Source: the human T2T-CHM13v2.0 reference genome, Homo sapiens
DNA: 64,000 nucleotides
Assembly: GCF_009914755.1 (NCBI RefSeq)
Contig: NC_060931.1
Direction: 5' to 3' (one strand)
Part shown: positions 1 through 15,082 of the stretch, piece after piece
Numbering within the stretch: the stretch's first letter is position 1
Layout of the letters: each line of letters opens with the position of its first letter
The notes under the pieces: model-generated
What the model was told of the DNA's origin: nothing
The model's input: the letters and a program-made list of their open reading frames with translations, nothing else
Database searches by the model: none
Position numbers and translations under genes: made by a program

Positions 1-260
1 GGAGGGAGGGAGAGAGGGGAGCAAGAAGGGAAGGAGGGAAGGAGGCAAGAGAGGGAGGAAGGGAGGAAGGAAGGAAAAAAGAAAGAAAGGGAAGGAAGGG
101 GGAGTGAGGGAGAGAGGGAAGGAGGATAGGAAGGATGGAGGAAGGAGAGAAGAACAAAGGGAAGAGTGGGAGGGAGGGAAGAGAGGGAGGGAAGAAGGAA
201 GGAACAGAAGGAAGAAGAAAGGGATGGAGGTAGGTTGAGAAGGAGGAAAGAAAGACAAGA
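1..260. repeat. GA-rich polypurine low-complexity tract
   Basis: Almost pure G/A run of ggaa/ggga/gaga units. Confidence 0.95.
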
Positions 261-264
261 AGTC

Positions 265-762
265 TCTAAGATGACCTCCAATTATCAACACCTCCTGGTA
301 TTCATACCCTTGTGTAGTGTCTTCTTGAATATGGGCTGGCCTTATTATTAACTTCACTTGTAGCAAATAGAATACAGAAAAAGAGATCAGATGCCACTTC
401 CAAGATTGGGCTATAAAAAGGCAGTGGTTTCTGTCTCGGGCTTTCTCTCCCCTTCTCCCTTTCTATAACCGCTTGCCTTGGTGGAAGCTAGCTGCCACAT
501 CACAAGGGTGTCCTGCAGAGAGGCCACATAGCAAGGGGCTGAGGACCACCAAGCAAGTGATCTTGGGGATGAAGCCCCCTCACAAGTCATGCTTTCAGAT
601 AAGACCAAAACCCTTACCAACAGCTTGACTGCATGAGACAACTTGAGCCAGAGGTGCCCAGCTAGGCTGTGCCCAGATTCCTTACTTACAGGACCTGTGA
701 GCTCTTAAATGCTTATTGCCTAGGTTTTAGAGTAATTTGTTATGCAGCAATAAATAACTAAT
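265..762 (+). mobile_element. MLT1-family MaLR solo LTR
   Basis: aagatgacctcc...cccttgtgtagt start and typical MaLR end ttgttatgcagcaataaataactaat. Confidence 0.8.
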
Positions 763-837
763 TGGAAGGAAGGAAGGAAAAAGGGAGGGAACAAGGGAAG
801 AAGAGAGGGAAGGAAGGGAAGAAGGCAGGAATAACCA

Positions 838-1320
838 TGTCTGCCATAATCTAGCCAGGGAACAGAAACCACTCTGAGTATTTTGGTTGCTCAGGAGACA
901 ACAAAGCTGAGCAGTTACTAGGAGACGGTGACATAACCCAGAGATGAGCAGGGACAGGAAGCTATACTGCCCCTAAAGTGGAGGATCAAAGGAGGAAGCA
1001 GTGTTACCAGAAGCCAGAAGAAGCCAGGTCACCCTGCAGAAGCTGGAACCACAGGGGCCTGATTGGTAGGAGCTGGAGCTGTAGATGCCATTCAAGACAG
1101 GGAAGGGCAAGGAGAAACATTGTGGCTTCTCTCTTCTTCTCACCATGCAGTTCCCATTGGTGCCTTCCATTGGCCAAACCCAGCCAGAAAGCAGCTGACA
1201 CCGGATCCTAAGAAATAGCCCACAAGGGCCAGCCTCCTGCATTACACAGCACAGCTGGGAAGGAATGGCCTCACAGGCCAGGCCTGGCACACTAGCTAAC
1301 TAGCTAAAGAGAAGGGAAAA
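838..1320. mobile_element. Ancient LTR fragment (LTR78/MamGypLTR-like)
   Basis: cagaaaccactctgagtatt and ccattggccaaacccagccagaa motifs recalled from these families. Confidence 0.45.
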
Positions 1321-2583
1321 TATCTATTGCCAGTCCTCAGCAGATTCAGCCAGAAGGGACTGCTTATTAGCTCTGTGAACAAGGACCATTCACAATCTGC
1401 ATGAAAACTCAAATTATGAGATGACAAAAATAACTACCAATCAACAGTACCCCTTGATAAACCACAAGGTAAATCATGACACTTGCCAAATGAGTCCTCC
1501 AGAGATGGGAGGGAACACGACGGCCTGGGACTGGCTGGGTTTGGGAACTGGAGAGAAGGAAGATCAGGTTGAAGTCAGGGCTCCTGGGTCCCAAGGGAAG
1601 AGGAGGTGACAGAACCCATGTCAGAGGGAGCAGAGCAAAGGAGTGAGGCTAGCCAGCGCGGGCGCCACGTGCGGAGACACACAGGTGTTCCACTGGGTCC
1701 AACACTAGGTCTTCACAGTCAAAAGAGAACTGAAACGTGAGGGTAAAGGGAGGGTAGCCGGTATGAGTGACTGGTGATCTAGGCAGGAAGCCAGGCTGCA
1801 GGGCATTTAATGAGTGGGTGCAATCACGTGGTAGAGTTTGACAGTGAATGGAAAGACAAAAACAAGCTTGCGGCATGGCAGGTTCCCGCCAAGGATCTGG
1901 TTTGAAAACAGAGGAAGAGAAGGTAGAAACTAACACCAAAGGCTAAGAACCTGCACAGTAAATTGCCTATCAGTCTTCCTCATAGCCTGCAAGCTACTTG
2001 AGGGAGGGATTTGCAGCACATGTGTCTCACTCAGTTTTCTGAGGGCCTTGGACAGTGTCTGGCCCATAGTAGGTGCTCAATGCATGGCTGTGAGATGAAT
2101 GAGTGAGCCAAAGTGAAACCACAGAACGTCATGAGGGCAGGAGAACGAGGCAGAACCCACGGAAGATGCTCTCAAGTGATGTGGCGGCGTGGTGGCCTGC
2201 TGGAAAACCCCAGCGGCGGCCAGACCCGTGTGGGCAGCTGCAGTCAGAAAATGAGATGGTTCTTTCTGAGCAAATATGCAGTTATAAATAGCACAGGCTA
2301 CGCAAATCGCCACAGCTGCATGGCAAAGGACTAGAGGGTGCGCTCAGCACAGAGGACGTTCCCGGCCACCAAATTCCTTCTGAACTATCCCCGCCATCAG
2401 CAGGGGCTGCTGCCCAGAGGGGAGACCCATGCCACGAGAGAGGTCAGCATTGCCTTACGTCTTTATAAGGCTGCTCCTAAGGGACTTGCCCTGAAGAGCC
2501 TTATGCTTCAAAGCCCACTCACCTGTAAAAGTGTCCCAACCACTGAGCTGGTTCCACAAAGGCATTAAGAAATTACCACTATG

Positions 2584-2910
<327 letters not shown>

Positions 2911-2972
2911 TACACTATGTCAAGTTATTAGGTAACCCATAACATCCTTTGTTTTAACATAGCCTTGCCAAG

Positions 2973-3262
2973 GGCCGGGCACAGTGGCTCACGCCTGTAA
3001 TCCTAACACTTTGGGAGGCTGAGGCGGGCAGATCACTTGAGGTCAGGAGTTCGAGACCAGTCTGGCCAATATGGTGAGACCCTGTCTCTACTAAAAATAA
3101 AAAAATTAGCCAGGCGTGGTGGTGGGTGCGTGTAGTCCCATCTACTTGGGTAGCTGAGGAACGAGAATTGCTTGAACCTGGGAGGTGGAGGTTGCAGTGA
3201 GCTGAGTGAGATCATGCCACTGCACTCCAGACTCGAGATACAGTGAGACTCTGTCTCCAAAA
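2973..3262 (+). mobile_element. AluS
   Basis: Full Alu dimer. Confidence 0.97.
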
Positions 3263-3587
3263 TATATATACATGTACTTCTCTAAATTAAATATTGAAAT
3301 AAATTTTAAAATGCCCGGTTCATGTAGTTATAATAATAATACTAATAACAACAACTACTGCTACTACTACTACTAACATGTGTTGAACATGAACTAAGTT
3401 CCAGAAACCATGCTAAGCTACAAAACGGTGGACACACTCCCCTTGCACACCCTGTGGTAATTCAGTCCACACTCAGAAACTGCTGTTGGTTCAATGTTAT
3501 TTATATTTATTTATTCTGCACCTTCTCCCAAAGACTTGAGGTGATCTGCAAGAATACATACATCAAAATAAGGTTTTTTTGTGTGTA

Positions 3588-3937
3588 CAGGTCGAGTATC
3601 CCTAGTCTGAAAATCTGACATTTTTTGAATGCTGACACAATGCCACAAGTGGAAAATTCCACACCTAACCTCATGTGATGGGTCACAGTCAAAATGCAGT
3701 CAAATCTTTGTTTTATGCATGAAATTATTTAAAATACTATATAAAATTACCTTCAGGCTATGTGCATACGTGTATATTAAACATAAATAAATATCATGTT
3801 TAGGCTCGGGTCATATTCCTAACATATCTCATTATGTATATGCAAATATTCCAAAATTCAAAACAATAAAAAATAAAAACCCTAAAATCCGAAACACTTC
3901 TGGCCCCAAGCACTTCAAATAAGGGATGCTCAACCCA
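3588..3937. mobile_element. Tigger4/MER46-type TcMar non-autonomous DNA transposon
   Basis: Terminal inverted repeats caggtcgagtatccct / agggatgctcaacc, preceded by TA. Confidence 0.8.
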
Positions 3938-3941
3938 CATA

Positions 3942-4358
3942 AGTGTCCTGGGACTGCTGTAACAAAGTGCCAGAGGCTGGGTGGCTTAACAACAGAAATG
4001 AATTATCTCCTAGCTCTGGAGGCCAAAGTCCACGATCAAGGCTATGGAAGGGCTGGTTCCTTCTGGATGAGCTAAGGAAGGATCTGTTCCCAACCTCTTT
4101 CCTTGCTTTTGGCTTGTGATAGCATAATTCCAGTCTTCACATGGCATTCTCCCTGTGCACATGTCCGTGTCCAGATTTCTTCTTTTTATAAGGATACCAA
4201 TCACATTGGATTAGGGGGTCCACCCACCTCCAGTGTGGCCTTATCTTAACTGATTATATCTGCCACATCCCTCTTTCCAAATAAGGTCACATTCTGAGGC
4301 ACTAGGGGGTGGGACTTCAGCATATGAATTTTGAAGGGATACAATTCAACCCACAACA
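3942..4358 (-). mobile_element. MLT1B/C MaLR solo LTR
   Basis: gctgtaacaaagtgcca...gggtggcttaacaacagaaat through caattcaacccacaaca. Confidence 0.88.
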
Positions 4359-5721
4359 AAAAGTAAAAATCTCAGCAAACTGAACACATACGTTCATCTA
4401 GTCACTCTCCTAAGACCTCACTAAGACTACAATAAAAAGTTACTACTCCACATGCAGAAAGAGGCTCCAGGGAAGACAGTAGTAAACAGGAGACGGTGGA
4501 TGGGTAGCCAAGAGAGGAGCGGTAACTGACCTGGCAGAAAAGAACAAAGTTACAACCCAGGCCCAATAAAATGTAAGCCAACTGACTCCTCAGAGCCCTG
4601 GAGACCCTGCACTGGGAGACGCCAGATGCTAGGGGAGGCAGATGTCAGGCAGGAAGCCGGACACAGACATGGGTTTCACAGGCTTTATTCAGAAGCATTG
4701 GACCTCCTCCCCACCACATACAGCCAGAGGACAGGGTTTCCCAAACAGCCTCCTAAAAGACTCAGGAGATTTATTTTTGGATGGGTTGAAAGGAGAGACT
4801 CAACCTAGAAGACACCAGCCTTATAAGAGCACTGGAGTAGGGGGTAGGCATGAAGCTAAAGCCAGGAATATGAAATGAAAGCCCACAGAGCCATGAGCTG
4901 TGGGCCCCTTCTCCTATCTAGGTCTCAGAACATCAGCAACAGGGAATATCAGTACAGACAGGAGGACTGGAAGACCTGCACTGCAGACCCAAACAGTCCA
5001 GAGGTATATCCTGTGATGCGCATATTTAAGGTTCTCCCAACAAAAAGCTGGCACCCACCTGGTTATCCTCTTCCTACCAATCAACAATTCTTGCCCTTGT
5101 TTACAGAACGTCAAGTGAGCTTTTAGCATCTTATTCTTAAATATGAAAGAACAACTAGACACTTGGTGAAAGCCTGTGACCTGAAGACACAGACTGAGCA
5201 AACAAGGGGACCAGGAGGAAAGAGAAAATGAAAGGAATCAAAGAACATTTTAAAAAATATTTTTAACTAGTATTCTCAGAAAGATAAGGAAGAACAGAAT
5301 TCAATAAAAAGAGAACAACTGGAGAACATGAAAGGACTCTTGACAATTACAAATATGATAAAAATTGAAACTCATTCAGAATATTAGAAGATAAAGGCAA
5401 TAAAATCTTTTAGAAAGTAATACAAAATGTTTAAGAGTCAGAAAATAGGAAAGAAGAGATAAGAACATTTAAAAATCAACCTGGGAAGTCCAATATCTGA
5501 ATAATAGGAGTTGCAAAATAGAGATAGGAGAAACAGAGGGAAGAAAATTATCAACTAATAATAATCAATAATAAGAGAAAATTTTCCAGAATGGAAGGAA
5601 ACATGCCTCCAGATGGTAAAGGTCCACTGAGTACCTAACATGACAAATGGAAGACCTAAATGCTCCCAGAAAGATAACACAAGCCACATAGAAAGTACTG
5701 GGAAAGAGAATGACATGACAG

Positions 5722-5935
5722 GTAAGATAGCACAGTGGTTAAGAACATGGATTCTGGAGCCAACTACCTGGGCTTGTAACTCAAATACTAGTTGTGTGAT
5801 TTTGGGTAAGTTACTGAACCTCTCTTGCTTCAGTTTCTTCATTTCTAAAACAGAAATAATAAGACTACCTCCCACTTATCTGGCATAATGGATATAAAAC
5901 ACATAAAATAGAGCCTGGCCCATAGCTCATGTTAT
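5722..5935 (+). mobile_element. MIR
   Basis: agcacagtggttaagaacatggattctggagcca...cttcagtttcttcatttctaaaa MIR core. Confidence 0.85.
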
Positions 5936-6372
5936 AAAAATGCTGACTTTTTTCCTCAGACTTCTCAACAGTAACATTGGAAGCTAGAACCCATGGAGTA
6001 ATAGCTTCACATTTATTTAGAGGAAATATTTTCAAATCTAGTATTGTATAACAACTAAGCTACAAATCAAATGTGAGGGTAGAATAAAGACATTTTCAAA
6101 CATACAAGGTATTTAGAGCTTGATTTCCCTTATATTCCTTCTCAGGAAGATACTGCTGGTTTAAATAAAACCAGGCAAGTTGAAGACATAGAATGCAGAC
6201 AAGAGAGGACTCAAAAAGAGACGAATTCATTAGATGATAGTAAAGGGAGGTCCCAGGATAACAACTATGCTTCAAGTATGCAGTCTCAAAAATGGAGGAC
6301 CGAGGGCTCCAGAAGACAGACCTCCAGGGGAAAAAATTGGGTAGATATATGTGAATATATAAAAAATATTAC

Positions 6373-6680
6373 TGGCCAGGTATCGTGGTTCATGATTGTA
6401 ATCCCAGCACTTTGGGAGGCCAAGATGGGAAGATCGTTTGCACCCAGGAGTTTGAGATCGACCTAGGCAATATAACGAGACCCCCATCTCTACAAAAAAA
6501 AAAAAAAAAAAAAAAAACTTAAAAATTAGCTGGGTGTGGTGGCATGCACCTGTAGTCCCAGATACTTAGGAGGCTAAGGTGGGAGGACTACTGGAGCCCA
6601 GGAGATGGAGGCTACTGCAAGCCATCATCATGCCACTGCACTCCAGCCTGGGTGACAGAGTGAGACCCTGTCTCAAAAAA
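6373..6680 (+). mobile_element. AluJ
   Basis: Diverged Alu dimer with expanded central A tract. Confidence 0.93.
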
Positions 6681-7047
6681 TTTGCAAAAAATATTATTGA
6701 TAGGCAAGTGACAGAGATATAGAGCACTCAAGGAAAATTGTAATGACACAGCAAATTAGACTGATTAAAAAATTAAGCAGGTTTTAACTCCAGGAAAAAC
6801 AAAGGGTGGACAAGAACATGGTTTATTCATTGTTTGCTCAGAAGCAAATAATATTCGTGTAGTCAAAATCATGTAAATGCTAACTTTTGAGTTGCTTGAT
6901 TTAACTAAAAACTGTGATATAACTGAGTTAGGGAAATGGGGAGTGGGGAAATGGTAAAAAGGCAGTGGAGAGAGCTCAGTCCTCATTTACCAAAATGGGA
7001 AGTCAATAGTTAATATCTAAAACTGAAATTTAAAAAATAGCAAGATG

Positions 7048-7372
<325 letters not shown>

Positions 7373-9156
7373 TCAAGACATGGACATGAACACCTGGGGA
7401 TGCAGCCAAAGAGTTACAGTGGGACTGTTGGGGTTGGGGAAGGCTGGGGCAGGAAACTCCTAGTTTTGCATTATAAATATTTCCTTGTAGTACTATTTGA
7501 CTTTTTAAACCACATAGATGTGTTATTTGGATAAAAATTAACTTTTAACTTAAAAAAGAAAGAATAGTGGGAGGTAATTCAAAATATTAGTAGTGGGTAT
7601 ATGTGGATAGTGTGATTACCAGTGATGTGAATTCACTCCATATTCTTTTTTTGTCTTGTCCACTGTTTAAAAAGTAATATGTGTTAACCTTACAATTCAA
7701 AAAGTACATTTTATTTTTTAAATACAATCAGGATGAAGAGAAAAAAAGAAAGGTTATATAGTTTGACACAGGTTAAAAAGTGATTTTCAAAAAAGGCAAA
7801 ATTATGATTCACACAAAAATATAAAATGAACACACATCAAAGATAAATTAAGTGAGAGAATCAATGAGATATTACAGCTTATTCAAAGAAGTCAAAGAAC
7901 TACAAATTTGCATACAGTAAAGAAATGTTGAAATGAATTCACAAAAACTAGTTTATCCATAAAGCAATAATTAGTTGCATTCTGCAGACAAAGTATGTAT
8001 GTTTCGATGGACAACAATTACTTGCGTTGCTATCAGTTCTCTGTAACTTTTCCAGGGAGTTGTAAAATCAACAGGGTTGCACACTCCTATAGGATCAGAT
8101 AATTCCCCAGAGGCTCCCTTGAAAGGATACCCAGTAAAGATTTTTGTCCATTTGAATGTCTTAAATTTCTCCTTATGTATAGTTAAGGGCTAATGAGTTA
8201 ATGCAATCTTGTGTCTTAAAGTCCTGCTGGTTATTCAGTAGTGGGAAGCAAGTTTAGTTTGAATTCCTAGAAGCAAAAGCAAAAAGGGAAACTAGTTATA
8301 AATTTATTGGAGTGCCCAGTGGGGTTTAAAATACTTTGAAGCTGAAAAAGTTTCATTTCATTTTAAATTGCTTGTAATTTTTTTCTCTAGAGGTAAAAAG
8401 AGATCAATGCACCTTTATAGCCAGCTTCCTTTATTTGGGGGAAAATTACCAAAATGATCCCTCTATTTATAGAGCAATAGCCACCCGTTGCTCTTAGAAA
8501 ACCCTATGAGGATGCCATTAACTCAAGTGCAGTTAGGTTAAGCGATGTGTTTAGTACAGGAAATTGGGTTTATTTTAAGTAATATCATGTTCTTGGAGAG
8601 TTGTTTTCTTTTTAATTCTTCTTAATTATTTTCTATAGGGATTTAGACTAGAACATCTCTGAAAATTAGTTTTTGGGGGGAGATATGTGTCTTTTTGAAC
8701 AAGTATTTGCTCCTAAGAGAGAGAAGACTGGATTTCCCAAAAAGCCTATGAAAATCTGAGCTCTCTTATGCTAGACTGTGAAAGGGGGCTAAATTTGTCT
8801 GAACTGAATTATAGGAGCCACGTACACAGTGTTTTTAAAAATAATCCAATTTGGGGAAATATACTAGCAATTATTGAAATTCCCTTCTTCAAGCTGGCAA
8901 AGCCAGACCAAACACTACAGGTGTGGATTTCCTTGTTCCTATTGTTAATCATTCTGGTACAGTCTGTGAGCAGAAGGGACAGAAAAGATCAAATTTCGCC
9001 TTCCCAGAGCAAAACTCAGGAATTGTGTATTTTTCATATGTAAAGGAAAAATGTGAACTTGAATGTCTATTAATGAAGGATTGGGGGAAAAACAACAATT
9101 ATAGCACAGTATATCCAAGCAATGAAATACCATGTAGACATTAAAAAGAATATAGA

Positions 9157-9522
<366 letters not shown>

Positions 9523-9579
9523 TTAAGTGTAGGAAAATTTGTTACACAACACTAGATGAGAGTATAACCCATTTTTATG

Positions 9580-9845
9580 TTCATTTGTTCATTCATTCAA
9601 CAAGTATTTCTTAAGCATTTCAATGGGTTAGAAATACAACAGCAAACCAACCAAAGTTCCTATTCTCATGGAGTGTACTTTGTAGTGGAGAGAAACAAAC
9701 AAGAAACAAATACATATATGACGTTAGTAAAGAAAAATGGGGCAGGCCACTGAGATAGATATTTTCGAGGGTGCTGGTGTAGATCAAGTAGTCAGAGGCC
9801 TTTCTGACTACTCGATAAAATGACATTTGCCTTGAGACTACCTGA
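9580..9845 (-). mobile_element. L2 3' end
   Basis: ttcattcattcaacaagtatttcttaagc L2 tail signature. Confidence 0.75.
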
Positions 9846-9882
9846 ATACATATGTGCATTTATGTTATGTATATAATTATTT

Positions 9883-10330
9883 CTGTTAGGATTGTGTTTG
9901 GCACTATGTAACAGAGAACAACTGCAGTGGCTTAAACACCTCAGGTTATTTTTCTCACATTGAAAAAGAAGGCGGGGGAGAGCTGGTGCAGCTGCTCAAG
10001 GAACAATTACCCTCTATTTTCCCAGACTACTATCCTCCATGTCTGGTCACAAGATGGCAGCTGCCATTCCAGGATTCACACCCACACTTCAGGCAGGGCA
10101 AAAGGGGAAGGGCAAAGCACAAAAAGGCACAGACCAGCTACCCCCTGCCCCTTTTTTAATGAGGAAAATGATAGCATTTTCAGAAGGCCTTCCCCCAATA
10201 GACTTCTGCTTACCTTTCATTGGCCAACACTGTGTCACATGATGGCTCCTAGCTGCAAGAGAGCCTGCACACTTTAATTTCTCTGTTGAGCACATGCTGC
10301 CTTGAATGCAAGCTTGAGTGTGGGCAGGTA
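9883..10330 (-). mobile_element. Old MLT1-family LTR
   Basis: cagtggcttaaaca, caagatggcagctgcc, tcattggccaa...tgtcacatg motifs. Confidence 0.7.
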
Positions 10331-10484
10331 TTTGGCAGTGTCTGTCTCATGAGTGCATTGAAGGCTAAAAGAAGGTACTCCAAATAGTTAACAGGGCTTG
10401 TCTCTGGGGATAGCATTTCAAGTGATCCCTAACCTTTTCCTTTATGATTGCTATCATTTGCAGCTGTATCATTCTGTCTGATAA

Positions 10485-10610
10485 CAAATCTGGAATCTCT
10501 GGTCCCATCTCAGACCTACTGAATCAGAAACTGTGGGACTAGTAATCTGCAGATTTACTAGTTCAACAGGTGATTCTGAAGCTTGGGGAGGAGAGGGCTG
10601 AGAACCAGTG
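10485..10610. mobile_element. MER5A hAT element fragment
   Basis: cagacctactgaatcagaaact...caggtgattctga...tgagaaccagtg. Confidence 0.8.
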
Positions 10611-10936
10611 CGCAATACCATTTAAACAGAAAAAGAAGATATTTGCGTTTTGAGAGGAAAAATTATGACAAGTCAAGGATCTCATTTAAGTGAACAAGTG
10701 TTTTTCACAGTAGAACTACAAATACAGCCTAATTAATCAATGTGTCAAGCGTTTCTTCTTTCTTTTGAATCATTAGCATTTATTCAGGCCCTTAGCAGTA
10801 ATGGTTTGTCAAAGCTGACATTCAGAAAAAGTATAAAAAAGAAAAAAAAATCAGCCTTGTGTTTTGATTAATTGCCATACATCTTTCTTATGTTTCATCT
10901 CCCAAATTTACAAAGATTTGATTTGGTTTATGGTAA

Positions 10937-11235
<299 letters not shown>

Positions 11236-12789
11236 TGTTTATGGTAAACTTTTTAAAGAAAAGTAAGTACTTCTCTTAACAATATGCTGCATAAAAGATT
11301 AATTATTTTTTCTTACCACAGGATGCAATTTTAGAATCCGAGAAACTATTCTACCCTTTAAATCTTCAAGAATCCAGAAAGGGGAAAAAAAGAATAGGGA
11401 GAGGAGGTGGGAGAAGAGAGAAGCCAGTGTCAGATGGGCAGGCTCGGACCACGGACTTGGACTTAAAGAACATGGCAGCTGACAACTGCAAACTATTTTC
11501 TATTTTCCTTCTCCTTGAAATGATAAGTGGGCAGGGAAAGAAAAAGGGAGGATGATACAATTTTGATTGGGTAATAAAGGCAATAGTGAGATTAATTTTT
11601 AGGCATTACCAAATGCCTAGTAATAAAACCTGTGTCTCTCAGCACCAAGAAGCAGGTTTTTCTTTTTTTTTTGCTGGTGTATAAATACCATAAGAATTTT
11701 AATTTCTTCTTTTAAAAAATATATTATGTAGCTGAGGCTTAATTAGCAGATGTATAAATGATCATGGAAAACTTGCAGCACCTGAAATGACATTTTACTA
11801 ATTTGAAAATATATTGTCTCCAGTCATTATTTACAGAAAAACAAAAACTTTGTTGCTTTTGTCTTGCAAAACTTTCAGGTCTGTAAGCATATCCTGAATT
11901 AATTCATTATAACCATATATGTAAGAGACTAACAAGCCCATTACTCAAATTTTGTGAATCAGAAAATGTTACCCAGAGAAACGGTATGTATGTAATAAAA
12001 AATACTAGAATTTGACATACAATTTTAATGGTTGGCTCTTTCTCATTGAGATTTCACACCAAAAATGGATGACAAACTAGGATCTGAGTCAAAGCACAGA
12101 TGTCCGGGGATGTCAGCCAGCAGGGAGGTGGCCAACTTTATGACACGGATCTTCTGAGGATCAATGAATCTTAGGTCACTAGTATGATCACTATCATACA
12201 CTTCACAAATACAAAAATACTCTCAAAAAATTCTGTGGTTGCAAACATTTTTGTGGAAATTATAACTTTCGGTTCTTGCTTATTGCCATCGTTTTTATAA
12301 AATAAAATATTATTCTATATTCGCAGACATTTAAACTACTGAGCGAGACTGCTGACAGTACTCTCAAATATTGCCAAACTTGAGTAGACACAAGCAAAAC
12401 AAGCCAGGAGAGTCGAAGTTGGATAAAGTAAAACTAAAGATGCTTCAATATAGAGAATCACTGGAATCTCTCCAATGCCAGATGAAAAATACCTAAGTAT
12501 GAATGAGCAGCTTTTGTCTTGTAAGTTAGTTTTATACCTCTTTCTGTCATTTGAATGACTTAATCATTCATAAAGAATAGATCAATCAGCAGGAAAGTTT
12601 GAAGAAAAGAGAATCCCAGAGACAAATGCTAGGTGTGTTCATCCTAACCCTTTGAGAAACAGCTACCCAAGGGCAGCCAGCCAACCTTCATATTTCAGTA
12701 TGTGGGTTTTGCCATCAAGTAATCTGCGGGGGTTGGAGATTTGAACCTCCCATCTTCAAACTGCTACCTATGGTGGGGCTTTTATTGGC

Positions 12790-12947
12790 CCCTCTATACC
12801 TCAATATCATCATCTGTAAAATAGGAATAATAATAGTTCCCATCACATAGGCTAGTTGTGGGGATGAAATGAGATACCATAACCTAAGTGTATTAGAATG
12901 GTGCTTGGCATGTGGTCAGCACTTAATAATATCAGCTATTATTATTA
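12790..12947 (+). mobile_element. MIR
   Basis: catctgtaaaataggaataataatagt...agcacttaataatatcagctattatt. Confidence 0.85.
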
Positions 12948-13227
12948 CAATTCCTGTATAGTTATTTCAACATCAAATGTTGCTTTTGAAAAAATACAAT
13001 CTAAGTATTGCATTTGAATGCTTCACACAGTTGAATATTAAGTTAAAATCATTAGAGTTTAATTTTTTAAATGATGCTCTCCTGTGGGGCCACTGAGTCT
13101 CTTGAGCATACAACACCACCACCACCACCCAACCCTTTCCCTGGTGGATTTCATGGAATCTGAAAGACAGAAATAGAACACAGCTGCTATATGTAAGTTG
13201 GGGAGGCCAAGGAAGCAACATACCTAC

Positions 13228-13783
13228 TGTGGCAGACACACCCTAAGGTGACCTCCAATGAGTCACACCATGTATAAGCCCCTCCTCTTCAGGACGGGAA
13301 GAACCTGTGACTATATGTCACTGCCATCATTGGAAAGAGAGAGAGAGTAAGCAAGAAAGAGAGCAAGAGAAAGAGCGTATGAGCAACTCCATCTGGAGTC
13401 AGAGAGAGACAGACTCTCTCCTGAGCCTTGAAGAAGCAAACTTGCACATTGTGAGCCACCCATGGAGAGGGCCTGGAGGCAGGGACCTGTGGGCTCCTCC
13501 CGCTGAGAGCCAGGACGAAGCCAGGACCGTCCATCAAGCAGTACCGAGAAGCTGAATTGTTCCAACAACTTGCATGAGCTTAGAAGCCGATTCTTCCCTA
13601 GACCCTCCAGATGAGAACACATTCAAGGCCACACTTTGATTGTGGCCTTGTGAGACTGAGTAGGGGACCCTGTTAAGCCATGCCTGGACTCCTGGCCCAC
13701 AGAAACTATGAGATAATCAAATTGCCTCTTAAGTTGCTAACTATGTGTGACAACTTGCTGCACAGCAGTAGAAAATGAATACA
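13228..13783 (+). mobile_element. MLT1-family MaLR solo LTR
   Basis: tgtggcagac start, gcagtagaaaatgaataca end. Confidence 0.85.
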
Positions 13784-13804
13784 CATGCCTTCACCTATGG
13801 TTCC

Positions 13805-14231
13805 TGTTATGGGTTGGATAGGTTCCCCAAAAGATGTTGCTGTTGTAAGCCCCAGTGCCTGTGAATTGGACCTTATTTGGAAATTGGAATCCTATCACAG
13901 ATGATCAAATTAAGATAAGGTCATTAGGGTGGGCCCTAATCCAATTTGACCGATTCCCTTATAAGAAGGGGAAATTTGGTCACAGAGAGATACATCAGAA
14001 GGAGAATGATGAGAAGGCCTAAGGAGAACACCGACTCCAAGACACAGGACACCTGCAGCTTCCAGAAGCTAAGAGAGGCATGGGGCAAATTCTCACGGCA
14101 CTCAGAAGGCACCAACCTTTCCAACACTTTGGTTTTAGACCTAGCCTTCAGAACTGCAAGGCAATCATTTCTGTTGTTTAAGCCACCCAGTCTGTGGCAC
14201 TTTGTTTTGCCAAACCCAAGCAACTAATACA
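13805..14231 (+). mobile_element. MLT1B/C MaLR solo LTR
   Basis: tgttatgggttg start, gcaactaataca end. Confidence 0.88.
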
Positions 14232-14304
14232 GTTCCCAAAGGCAAGATGCTGGGAAGGGTTGCTTTCCAGTCATGGATGGAAAAGGACTGAGAGGAGCAT
14301 AAAA

Positions 14305-15070
14305 TTCATCCATGCATGCATCCATCCATCCATTCAATAGACACAGAGCCTTTACTTTGCCAGGTGTGGCACTACACAGTCACCAGGTGCCAGGCAGGCC
14401 CTATGTGCTATGCAGTGAGGTTACAGAGATCAAAGCACAGCCCTTGCCCTCAGAGAGCTCGCCATCGAAGGGAAAGAGGGTACAGCAGGTGTAATATGGT
14501 TTGCCACATGCTAGAGCCCAGGACACACAGAGTGTGGGGTGCTCACAGGAGAAACACTTAATCTCTTCCTGAGAGAGGTAAGGAAGGTCCCAAGAAGAGA
14601 AACATGGAAGAGGGGGTGGAAGAAGGAGAAGGGAGAGGGTGGTCTGAAGACAGGGACTCACATGGAGTCATAAAAGAGCAAGGACATTCTAAGAACTACT
14701 CGCAGTTCCACGTGGCCAGAGCCAAGCGGTCATGGGAATGAGGTGTAATGTGCTAGTGTGTGCCCTGCAGAAAGGTCTGAACTGTATCCCAAAGGCTGGG
14801 GCAGCTGCTGAGGAGCCTGATGGAAGTCAGCAACATGACTGGATTCAGGCAGGACTGGGGCAGAGGGTCCTGCATCACGGCCATGGCAGAGGAGATGCGT
14901 TCCAGAGATACTTAGGAGGCAGAATTGACAGAACTTGATGAGTGGCTGTATTGGAGAATTGAGGAAAAGAGAGGAGTCTAGAATGATTCCCATTTCTCCT
15001 GTTGACTAAGGAGGTGGTGGTAACTTTCCCCAAGCAAGGGGATATGGGAAAAGCTATAGGTTGGAAGGAA
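14305..15070 (-). mobile_element. L2 fragments
   Basis: ccatccattcaatagaca tail; ggaggcagaattgacagaacttgatga L2 ORF2 motif. Confidence 0.7.
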
Positions 15071-15082
15071 GATCAGATCACT

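Noticed and set aside
1-260. Charged Arg/Glu-rich ORF at 166-351
   Set aside because: Low-complexity purine tract running into an MLT1 LTR.
11295-11330. Splice acceptor-like ttttttcttaccacag
   Set aside because: No supportable downstream exon or donor; such motifs are common by chance.
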